A stretch of DNA of 32,000 bases from Candidatus Saccharimonadota bacterium (GTDB lineage: Archaea; Micrarchaeota; Micrarchaeia; Micrarchaeales; Micrarchaeaceae): the NCBI GenBank assembly GCA_021654395.1, contig AP024486.1, positions 360,001 to 392,000 on the forward strand, in the 5' to 3' direction. Of this stretch, positions 1-7,924 are shown in pieces. How positions within the stretch are numbered: the first letter of the stretch is position 1; every line of letters starts with the position of its first letter. The notes beneath the pieces were generated by a model that worked only from the letters and a program-made list of their open reading frames with translations, was not told the origin of the DNA and searched no databases. Made by a program: the position numbers and the translations under genes.

Positions 1-2
1 GA

Positions 3-275
3 TCTATAGCTGGCATAATATACGTAGTTGCATCACAGCGTTATATTGGCGCAACATGGGAGGAGATAGAAAGCTTCTTAGAGCATATTCTTAATGTAAG
101 ATTAGATGCAGAGATAATCTCTCGGCAGTTAAATCTGCTAATTGATAATAACATAATAACATATGATAAAGAAAGAGATCTCTACTTCCTAAGTAAGAAA
201 TATAAGAATATGCAATTAAAAGAGATCTTTGAAGATACTGAAATTAAAATATTATTAAAGGCTAATGTTATATAA
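3..275 (+). CDS. Hypothetical protein, C-terminal fragment (gene begins left of the window)
   Basis: Frame 3 is open from the window edge to TAA at 273-275 (...SRQLNLLIDNNIITYDKERDLYFLSKKY...). It is absent from the ORF track because no start codon lies in the window. No assignable motif. Confidence 0.45.
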   Translation, partial: SIAGIIYVVASQRYIGATWEEIESFLEHILNVRLDAEIISRQLNLLIDNNIITYDKERDLYFLSKKYKNMQLKEIFEDTEIKILLKANVI

Positions 276-284
276 ACAATAGAT

Positions 285-938
285 CTAATGCATTATGCCT
301 TTTAATAGCTCTTCTGCTTTATCTATAGCTTCGTTTATATCATTAACAAGGAAGACATTATCATTACTACTTATACTGCTATAACTTATATCATTCCATC
401 TTTTTATTAATATCAATCTTTGATTGCTATCTTTTAATCTCTTTAATGCATAATCTTTAAGAAAGCTTGGAGAGTCATCTATTATTATCTTATGCCCTAA
501 CATGAGCTTAGCATATCCATGCATATCAAGAGAAAGTCTGTCTAAGATTATTACTTTTGAACGTTCTATTATATTAGGAAAGTTTGATCTAAACCAGCTT
601 TCTAGTGGCTTTGAAAAGCTTGAATCCCTTGCAGTTACAAAGTCTATACTACCAGCTATCTCTATAAGCTGAATTAGACGTTTCTCCTCAATCAACGGCT
701 TTAACTCATCAGTATGTTCGAACCATAGCTCCCTATAACACTCCAGATACTGCGAGTTTGTTATTCCTTTTTCATTGAAGTATCTACTATCTCCTTTTAT
801 TCCAAATTTTATCTCAGCAAGTTTAATAACAGAATGTGTAATTCCTACTATTGTATCATCTATATCTAAAGCCAACTTGCTTTTTATATCTCGTCTTTTA
901 GCTGCATCTTCTGGGTCTCTTAAGATGAGTAGGTTCAT
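285..938 (-). CDS. HAD-superfamily hydrolase, 5'(3')-deoxyribonucleotidase (NT5C)-like
   Basis: 217-aa ORF. HAD motif I DxDxT (LALDIDDTIVG) lies near the N-terminus, with a later VTARD threonine motif and a IIIDDSP acidic motif IV. Size and layout fit NT5C-like phosphatases. Confidence 0.6.
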   Translation of the reverse strand: MNLLILRDPEDAAKRRDIKSKLALDIDDTIVGITHSVIKLAEIKFGIKGDSRYFNEKGITNSQYLECYRELWFEHTDELKPLIEEKRLIQLIEIAGSIDFVTARDSSFSKPLESWFRSNFPNIIERSKVIILDRLSLDMHGYAKLMLGHKIIIDDSPSFLKDYALKRLKDSNQRLILIKRWNDISYSSISSNDNVFLVNDINEAIDKAEELLKGIMH

Positions 939-1305
939 ATACTATCAGTATAATTTAATTTAATAAAGCTTTTTATTAAATTTTTATTAGCAGTTTTACA
1001 GGAAATTCTTTATTTACTTTCATTAAGTTACAAGGCAGCTTTGATAATTGTTAAGTTGCGTTACCTTTGAGGCAGATATCTTAATTATACTAACTTAATA
1101 CACAAGACGAATATTTAAAATAGAGTTAGCGTTTCGATGTAAATGATTTTATATGGCTTCCTCTATGGTATCGCCTACGAATTTTAATAATTAAGCACGG
1201 CTTATTTTATTAAAAAAATTTACTTAAAGTAATAAAAAAGCTCAAGAGTAAGAAAAAGGTAATAACTTTTTATTAAAAAGATACTTTATTACAAAAGTAT
1301 ATACT

Positions 1306-2220
1306 ATGAATTATATGAATCCAAAAGATATCAATAGAATATTTGATTATATAAAAAATAAAGATAATTTTGATGCAACTAATGAAGGAAATGCATTAAC
1401 TCAGATGCAAAAGCTTATATCTCATATAAATATAAAACTTGAGTATTTTAAAGATTTTAAGAAGCTTGAAGATGAGATTGTTCATTTTAAACATATACAT
1501 GCTATATTAAGCAGTAATGAATTAGAAGATCTTAAAAAGAAGATAAGAGATGTAGAGCTTGCTTCTAATGCAGATGAGAAGAAAAAAGAGCTTGCTGAAA
1601 AATTTAAGAATAATGAGATATCTGAAGATGATTTTATTAAACAATTAGATGAAATAAATAAAAAGCCCGAAGAAGAGTTTTCAAAAGATAATATTCGTGT
1701 AAAGATTAAAAATATAATAAATCATTATTATGTTCCTGTTATTATATCAGAAAATGAAAAGATTAGCTATCTGACTCATATAATTAAGGTAGAAAGTGAA
1801 GTTAAGTTTTTAGAGAAGCTTGAAGAGTATGTTAAATCTAATGAGATAGAATGCGATTACTGGTTCTTCTCTAAGATAGATGAAGATTTAGACAAGGTCT
1901 ATATACCTTATTACAACAAAGAAGAGAACAGAGAATCAAGATTCTATCCAGATTTTATATTTTGGATTAAGAAAGGAAATGATTATTATATAGTTTTTGT
2001 AGATCCTAAAGGAATAAAGCATACAGAATATGAGTATAAAGTAGATGGCTATTCTATATTGTTTGAGGAGCAAGGTTCGGCTAAAAGCTTTAATTACAAT
2101 GGCTTAAATGTAAAAGTATTTCTTTTCTTATATACGAAAGATATCAATAAATTGTCAGAAGGATATAAAAGATACTGGTTTGATAATAACAGCATAGATA
2201 AGATATTTAAAGTAAAATAA
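1306..2220 (+). CDS. Hypothetical protein with a Lys/Glu-rich helical N-terminal half and a C-terminal PD-(D/E)xK (restriction-endonuclease-fold) domain
   Basis: 304-aa ORF. The C-terminal block VESEVKFLEKLE...RFYPDFIFWIKKGNDYYIVFVDPKG matches the ES..E / Y.PDF / (D/E).KG pattern at the C-termini of type III restriction Res subunits and related nucleases. No helicase or ATPase motif is present. Confidence 0.5.
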   Translation: MNYMNPKDINRIFDYIKNKDNFDATNEGNALTQMQKLISHINIKLEYFKDFKKLEDEIVHFKHIHAILSSNELEDLKKKIRDVELASNADEKKKELAEKFKNNEISEDDFIKQLDEINKKPEEEFSKDNIRVKIKNIINHYYVPVIISENEKISYLTHIIKVESEVKFLEKLEEYVKSNEIECDYWFFSKIDEDLDKVYIPYYNKEENRESRFYPDFIFWIKKGNDYYIVFVDPKGIKHTEYEYKVDGYSILFEEQGSAKSFNYNGLNVKVFLFLYTKDINKLSEGYKRYWFDNNSIDKIFKVK

Positions 2221-2265
2221 AGGCTTTAAATTCATTTTTATAATCTTGCAGTTTTTATTATCTTT

Positions 2266-2318
2266 ATTACAAATCCTTTAGAATTTGTAATGCATTACAA
2301 ATCCTTTAAATTTGTAAT
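2266..2318. repeat. Two tandem copies of a ~25-nt palindrome (ATTACAAAT-N7/8-ATTTGTAAT), putative operator
   Basis: attacaaatcctttagaatttgtaat (2266-2291) and attacaaatcctttaaatttgtaat (2294-2318) are separated by gc. Each has perfect 9-bp inverted arms. They sit 15 nt upstream of the ATG (2333) of the ATPase pseudogene. Confidence 0.7.
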
Positions 2319-2332
2319 GTAATACATAATTT

Positions 2333-3617
2333 ATGCAAGAAAAAAGAGATATCGGAGATCTTAGATTATTGGAATATCTGGAATCATGATATAGAAGCTG
2401 GGATAAAAAGAGGATATTATTCAGATAAGATAGCATCACTTATAATTGATTCAGAGATCAGTGCAGTTATAGAAACAGGTATAAGAAGAGCAGGTAAATC
2501 ATTTATAACAAGACAAGTAACTTATGAACTTATTCAAAAAGGTATAAGCAAGAAAAGCATTCTTATAATAAACTTAGAAGATGAAAGACTTACTGAAAGA
2601 GATTATAGAAATATACTAAAGATGTATGATGTATATAGAAAAAAGATAAATCCAGAAGGATTATGCTATATAATAATTGATGAAGCTCAAGAGGTTGATG
2701 GTTGGGAACGCTTTGTTAGAGGATTATCTGAGAAAGGAGAGGCAAAGTTTATAATAACTGGCTCTTCTTCAAAGCTTCTTGCTTCTGAGTATAGCACTCT
2801 GCTCTCTGGAAGGCATGTTGCATTATATATACATCCATTAAATCTTATCGAGTAGTTAAAATTTACAGATAATAAGAGAGGCTTATAGGAATATATATGC
2901 GAAGGAGGTCTAACAGCAATTGTGCTCTCTAATAATAAGCAAGAGATAGCAAAGAGCTACTTTGATACTATAATATTAAAAGATGTAATAAGTAGATTCA
3001 AGATTAAAGAGCAAGAAGTACTTATTAGATTAGCAAGATTCTATCTTACAAGTATAGGATCAAGAATAACATTCAATAGCATTGCAAGATTCTTAAAGCT
3101 GCCAATTAAGACTGTATATAACTTTTCGATATACCTTGAAAAAGCATATCTAATATTCTTTGTTAAGAGATTCTCTTTTTCAATTAAAGTAAAGGAGAAT
3201 AGCCCCAGAAAGGTTTATTCTATAGATAATGTATTTCCATGTATTATAGGTGAAAACTCTATAAAGATAAAAGGTAGATTGTTAGAAAATGTAGCCGCTT
3301 CTACATTATATCTTATATCAAAAAATTCAAATGATTTTGAATTCTATTACTGGAATGAGTATGGAAAGGAAGTTGACTTTATAATAAAAGATTCTGGAAA
3401 GTATAGATTGGTTCAAGTAGCATATTCTATTAATGATGAGAAGACTAGAGAAAGAGGGCTATCTTCTATTCTTGAATGTGCAAATAGAATGAATATTGAT
3501 AGATTAGAGATTGTAACTATGAATTATGATTATGAAGAGGTAATAGCAGGAAAGAAGATAAGATACATTAATGCATCTGAATGGATTAAGGAGATATTAA
3601 AAGACCATGGATTCTGA
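2333..3617 (+). pseudogene. Decayed AAA+ ATPase of the AAA_14/DUF4143 (COG1373-like) family: one frameshift and two in-frame TAG codons
   Basis: The ATG at 2333 runs into a stop after 18 codons. The frame open from 2310 carries ILDYWNIWN...GIRRAGKS (Walker A)...IIIDEAQEVDGWE (Walker B)...HPLNLIE, ending at TAG 2853-2855. The same frame continues LKFTDNKRGL, TAG 2886-2888, then EYICEGGL...FDTIILKDVI...VDFII to 3617. Joining ATG 2333 to the main frame requires removing one A from the A6 run at 2340-2345. Confidence 0.7.
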
Positions 3618-3721
3618 TAATAAAAACATAGTCTATTAAATAGTATTTACTTATCTCATTTTAGTATATTTAATTAAAAAATTATTTTAATACTTTAATT
3701 TTAAATAGTAAATTGTTTTAT

Positions 3722-4162
3722 ATGAAAGAAGATGAGGTACTGAATAAAAAAGCCTATACAAAGATAAAATTCACTAGATTTAGTGTAGCTTTATTGGCAT
3801 TAATTACTTCTGCAGCTCATCTATATGCGATACCAGGTGCATATCCCGTTGTTACATTTTATCTAGATATAGAGATAGCCGTATATGTAATAATTGCAAT
3901 GGTCTTCTTATTGGGGCTAAAGATGTGGTATCTGCCTTCTATATTATATAATATCTTTAATCTATTCATATTCTTTTTATCTGCATTTATAGCGATACCT
4001 TTTGTAAATAGTCAACCTTTAGTTGGACATATAGAGTTTATGCAATACTCCTTTGGAAGGCTATTCTCTTTAATAGGATGGATATACATAACGATTATGG
4101 GAATAGTATTGTTAAGATATGATAAGGGATCTAAATTAAACTATCTCTTAGAACAGTATTAA
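3722..4162 (+). CDS. Hypothetical integral membrane protein (about 4 TM segments)
   Basis: The ORF is 3713-4162. The TTG at 3713 is less likely than the ATG at 3722 (MKEDEV...). Four long hydrophobic segments, no recognisable motif. Confidence 0.5.
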   Translation: MKEDEVLNKKAYTKIKFTRFSVALLALITSAAHLYAIPGAYPVVTFYLDIEIAVYVIIAMVFLLGLKMWYLPSILYNIFNLFIFFLSAFIAIPFVNSQPLVGHIEFMQYSFGRLFSLIGWIYITIMGIVLLRYDKGSKLNYLLEQY

Positions 4163-4359
4163 ACGATTTTTAAATTTTAGTCATATAGATTAAAGTTTAT
4201 TCATTTTTCAAGAAATAAAACACTATTGTTAGATTAATCTTAAATTTCTATAAAATATAGAATCTTTATTCATAATAGAAACTATACGATGTTACATCTA
4301 CCTATTTAGATTAAATTAAAAACAAAGTAATTTAATTTATAAGCTTATAAATTAGAATT

Positions 4360-4848
4360 ATGGTTAATAGAAGATCAAAGATCAGATCAAAGGAAGATAC
4401 AAAGCTATTCAATATAGCAGTATACCTAAATCTATCTGCAGGAGCATTAGCGTTATTAATAGTTATACTTATCTATCTTGGCTACTCTGGCTACTTGGGC
4501 CAAACAGTATATCTAAATATCTCCAAAGACGCTTATAATCTAGCGAGTAGCAATCTAGCCCAGATAGGGAAGATCTATGGGGTTAATAAGATAAACAGTA
4601 GTATAGTAACACAGTACCTATATGCAATACTACAAGGCATATCAATAATAGCAATAATTCAAGTATTTGCATCTATATACTATATCTTATTAGAAAGAAA
4701 GGCGAAGCAAGGCAATCAAAGATTCTATAGATATGCAAGCATAGCATTAATAGTTATAGGTGTATTGGGCTTATTCTACGAGTTTCCTATAAATATGCTT
4801 TCAGTATTAGGGGGCATTATAGGCCTATACGGAAGTAAAAAGAAGTAG
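4360..4848 (+). CDS. Hypothetical integral membrane protein (about 4 TM segments, basic N-terminus)
   Basis: 162-aa ORF. It has a basic N-terminus (MVNRRSKIRSKED), hydrophobic segments and a C-terminal KKK. No recognisable motif. Confidence 0.5.
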   Translation: MVNRRSKIRSKEDTKLFNIAVYLNLSAGALALLIVILIYLGYSGYLGQTVYLNISKDAYNLASSNLAQIGKIYGVNKINSSIVTQYLYAILQGISIIAIIQVFASIYYILLERKAKQGNQRFYRYASIALIVIGVLGLFYEFPINMLSVLGGIIGLYGSKKK

Positions 4849-4852
4849 AGGA

Positions 4853-5218
4853 TCAAAGAAGCTTTAGGTCTCTTGTTACTCTATCTATACTTTCAGATAG
4901 CCAAGGCCCAATTCCTACAGCAGTTAATGTACCTGGCTCCACCTGTGTTAAGCCCCTATCTATTATCACTACATATGGTATATTAAAATCTTCAAGCTTT
5001 CTTAGAATTTCATTAAGCTTATCTAAGCTTTCAATCTTCAATACAACCTTCTTAGATCCATTCTCTTCCCAACATTCAACAATCTTTTTATCTAAGCTTA
5101 AAACCTTCTTATAAGCAGCTAAGGATGCATGTGCAGCTTGCGATGCAATCTTACCCTTTCCCATCTTTAGATCATTTCTTATTATAATTACCTGCTTTAT
5201 ATCTTCATCACATCTCAT
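4853..5218 (-). CDS. pth2: Peptidyl-tRNA hydrolase, archaeal/eukaryotic Pth2 type
   Basis: 121 aa. It carries GKGKIASQAAHASLAAY, KKVVLK and IIDRGLTQVEPGTLTAVGIGP, all characteristic PTH2 blocks, and the size is typical. Confidence 0.9.
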   Translation of the reverse strand: MRCDEDIKQVIIIRNDLKMGKGKIASQAAHASLAAYKKVLSLDKKIVECWEENGSKKVVLKIESLDKLNEILRKLEDFNIPYVVIIDRGLTQVEPGTLTAVGIGPWLSESIDRVTRDLKLL

Positions 5219-5267
5219 AAAATCAATCTTTTAAAGGTTTTAAATTTAATAGCCTTATTGATACTCT

Positions 5268-6890
5268 ATGGATAAAAGCAAGTATATAGTAACATCTGCA
5301 TTGCCTTATGCAGAAGCAATACCGCATATAGGTAATCTTGTTGGATCTATACTACCAGCAGATATATTCTATAGATATATAAGGTTTCTAAAAGGAGAGG
5401 ATGCAATATTTATATGTGGATCAGATCAGCATGGGACACCAATAGAGATACAAGCCTATAAGAAAGGAGTAGAGCCAAAGGAGCTTGCATATTCAATGCA
5501 TAATAAGATGAAAGAGCTTTTCGAAAGATTTAATATCGCATTTTCATATTATGGTTATACTGATAGCGAAGAGAATAAGCGAACAGTATACGAAATCTTT
5601 GATAGCTTATACAAGAATGGATATATAGTAGAGACAGAGATTATATTGCCATTCTGCAAATATGATAATAAAGTATTATCGGATAGGTTTGTAATAGGTA
5701 AATGCCCCTACTGCGGCTTTGATGATGCAAGAGGAGACCAATGCGATAACTGCGGCAGATTATTAACACCAGATCAGTTAATAGATCCTAGATGCAATAT
5801 ATGCAAAAGAAATGATATAGAATTTATAAAGAGTAAGAATCTTGCTGTAAATCTAACTGCCTTGCAAGATCAGATAAAAGATTTTATAGAAGCAAATAAG
5901 GATCATAACTGGAGTAAAGCAGCAGTAAACAAGTCATTGAGCTACATAAAAGAAGGACTAAAGCCCAGAGACATAACAAGAGATATAGAATGGGGATTTC
6001 CTGTAAATCTTAAAGGATACGAATCAAAGAGATTCTATGTTTGGTTTGATGCATTAATAGGATATATAGGAATAACAAAGCAGTACCTTAAAGAAAGATA
6101 TGTGGATTATTGGAAAGATAGAAGTACAAAGCTTATTCAGTTTATGGGGAAGGATAATATAGAGTTTCATGCATTGCTCTGGCCAGGTATATTAATAGGA
6201 AGCAAGAGCGGCTTTATACTACCTTATACTATAAAGTCATTAGAGTATCTAAATATTAAAGGAGGTAAGTTCTCAAAGAGCAGGGGAAAAGGAATAAATA
6301 TAGAGCAGGCATTAGATATAATGGATTCTGATTACTGGAGATTTATATTAGCCTATATAATGCCAGAGACTGCAGATTCAGAGATATCTGTAGAGATAAT
6401 AGAGGAAGCAGTTAATAGTATACTTAATAATAAGATAGGAAACCTATTTTATAGAGTGTTAAGCATAGCAAAGAGAGATTCTATAAAGAATCTTAATATA
6501 GTAATAGATGATAAAGCTAAGGAATATATTAAGAGATATGAAGAGCTAATGGATAAGATAGAGATAAGAGAGGCATTGAGATTGGTTATGGAGCTGGCAG
6601 ATATAACAAACAGCTATATAAATGATAAAAGGATATGGGATATAAGGGATAAGGATAAGCTAATAGAGATACTCAATGAGCTCTTAGGAAGATTATACGC
6701 TATAGCAGTGATGCTATATCCATTTATACCTTCATTCTCGCAGTACTTCTTAGGAGTTATAGGAGTAGATGATCTAAAAATAGAGAGCATTGCTAATAGA
6801 GCTATAAGCATAAAGCTAGATAGTATAAAGATACCATTTAGTAAGCTTAATCAGGAGCAGATAGATAAGCTAAAGGAGAGATTAGAGTGA
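5268..6890 (+). CDS. metG: Methionyl-tRNA synthetase (class I), lacking the C-terminal tRNA-binding appendix
   Basis: 540 aa. It has the HIGH motif (PHIGNLVG), a zinc knuckle (CPYCG...CDNCG...CNIC) and the KMSKS motif (KFSKSRG). Confidence 0.93.
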   Translation: MDKSKYIVTSALPYAEAIPHIGNLVGSILPADIFYRYIRFLKGEDAIFICGSDQHGTPIEIQAYKKGVEPKELAYSMHNKMKELFERFNIAFSYYGYTDSEENKRTVYEIFDSLYKNGYIVETEIILPFCKYDNKVLSDRFVIGKCPYCGFDDARGDQCDNCGRLLTPDQLIDPRCNICKRNDIEFIKSKNLAVNLTALQDQIKDFIEANKDHNWSKAAVNKSLSYIKEGLKPRDITRDIEWGFPVNLKGYESKRFYVWFDALIGYIGITKQYLKERYVDYWKDRSTKLIQFMGKDNIEFHALLWPGILIGSKSGFILPYTIKSLEYLNIKGGKFSKSRGKGINIEQALDIMDSDYWRFILAYIMPETADSEISVEIIEEAVNSILNNKIGNLFYRVLSIAKRDSIKNLNIVIDDKAKEYIKRYEELMDKIEIREALRLVMELADITNSYINDKRIWDIRDKDKLIEILNELLGRLYAIAVMLYPFIPSFSQYFLGVIGVDDLKIESIANRAISIKLDSIKIPFSKLNQEQIDKLKERLE

Positions 6891-6892
6891 AG

Positions 6893-7174
6893 CTATAGTA
6901 TTACAAATGAGTCGTAGTCATTATCTTTCTCTGATTCTTCAACTATCTCTATATTCATTACTTGAGGACCATTATCTATATCTACATCTATACTCTTAAG
7001 TAGCTGATCTAGCTTGGCTTTATCTCCATAAGCCACAAGCTCAACAGATCCATCATCTCTGTTTTTAACATATCCTTTAATGCCTAACTTTACAGCATGA
7101 TTATAGACAAATCTTCTATATCCAACTCCTTGAACATGTCCGTGTATAAGAGCTTTTATCATCATTATAATCAC
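6893..7174 (-). CDS. acyP: Acylphosphatase
   Basis: 93 aa. It has HGHVQGVGYRRF and GYVKNRDDGSVE, the two acylphosphatase signatures. The true start may be an internal Met (MIIMMIKAL...). Confidence 0.88.
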   Translation of the reverse strand: MIIMMIKALIHGHVQGVGYRRFVYNHAVKLGIKGYVKNRDDGSVELVAYGDKAKLDQLLKSIDVDIDNGPQVMNIEIVEESEKDNDYDSFVIL

Positions 7175-7512
7175 TAGCTTACTATGCTACCAGCTGGTAG
7201 CTCCTTATCTACAGTTAACAATGATACTGTATTGTCATGTTCAGCAGCAAGTAGCATGCCCTCAGATTCCTTACCTGCTATAATCTTATGCTCAAGGTTT
7301 ACAATTACTATAATCCTCTTATTCAATAGCTCTTCTTTCTTATAGTACCTCTTAATTCCAGATAGTATAGAGATAACATGATCTCCTATATTAACTTTTA
7401 TATAGTATAGCTTACTGCTATTCTCTACATCCTCAACAGACTCTATTACACCAACTCTTAGATCAAGCTTCTCTAGATCATTAATACTTACAGTAGGCTT
7501 CATAATATACAC
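7174..7512 (-). CDS. Stand-alone tRNA-binding domain protein (Trbp111 / MetRS C-terminal-domain-like OB fold)
   Basis: 112 aa. LDLRVGVIESVE...SKLYYIKVNIGD...ILSGIKRYY...IIVIVNLEHKIIAGKESEGMLLAA matches the tRNA_bind domain pattern (dlRVG...kLy...vd.G...GMlL). Confidence 0.8.
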   Translation of the reverse strand: MYIMKPTVSINDLEKLDLRVGVIESVEDVENSSKLYYIKVNIGDHVISILSGIKRYYKKEELLNKRIIVIVNLEHKIIAGKESEGMLLAAEHDNTVSLLTVDKELPAGSIVS

Positions 7513-7919
7513 TAGCTCTTATTATCTATATTGATTGTAGCATTACTGGAGTTTGATATGATTGGCTTATGGTAGCTACTAGAGCTACTATTTATAGTAT
7601 TTGCCATAGATGAGTTTGTTGCATTAATAGTAGTATTGCTTACAAGATTTACAGTATGCCCCTTAAATATAAGATCATAAAGCTGTATAAGCGGGCCGAA
7701 GCTATACTGTAGAGAGAAGCTCCCTGTTTTATAGAAGTAGTATGTAGTAGAGACAAATATTATTAGCAGTATGGTTATAATTATAGCAGATATAAAGATC
7801 TTTATCGACTTTAGTATTATAACTATACATATGATTATCAATGCTATGAGTATTAAGCTTCTTAGTGCTATAGGAACCGTTGTAACTAAGGCCAATATTG
7901 TAAGAATCAAAGGCATCAT
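7512..7919 (-). CDS. Small membrane protein (about 3 TM) with an Asn/Ser-rich C-terminal tail, immediately downstream of ftsZ
   Basis: 135-aa ORF. Its start lies 5 nt after the ftsZ stop and its stop overlaps the next gene's start by 1 nt. The tail VSNTTINATNSSMANTINSSSSSYHKPIISNSSNATINIDNKS contains many N-x-S/T sequons. Confidence 0.55.
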   Translation of the reverse strand: MMPLILTILALVTTVPIALRSLILIALIIICIVIILKSIKIFISAIIITILLIIFVSTTYYFYKTGSFSLQYSFGPLIQLYDLIFKGHTVNLVSNTTINATNSSMANTINSSSSSYHKPIISNSSNATINIDNKS

Positions 7920-7924
7920 AAAGA

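Noticed and set aside
775-963. 62-aa plus-strand ORF antisense to the HAD hydrolase gene
   Set aside because: It lies almost entirely within the opposite strand of a motif-bearing gene, so it is a shadow ORF. The same reasoning applies to 6614-6811, 7771-7962 and 7935-8162.
963-1305. Possible small ncRNA (C/D-box sRNA or similar) in the slightly GC-richer core of the long intergenic region (about 1020-1200)
   Set aside because: I could find no clean C (RUGAUGA) or D (CUGA) box pair, tRNA-like fold or strong stem. There is only a weak 7-bp inverted repeat (ttaagtt...aacttaa). This is insufficient evidence without covariance or expression data.
2266-2318. Tandem palindromic repeats as a CRISPR array
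   Set aside because: There are only two adjacent copies separated by 2 nt, with no spacers, and no cas genes in the window.
2853-2888. Possibility that the two in-frame TAG codons are read through (pyrrolysine or other amber recoding)
   Set aside because: TAG clearly terminates other well-supported genes in this window, for example 285-938, 4360-4848 and the P-type ATPase. The same gene also carries a frameshift, so pseudogenisation is the simpler explanation. No pyl genes are visible here.
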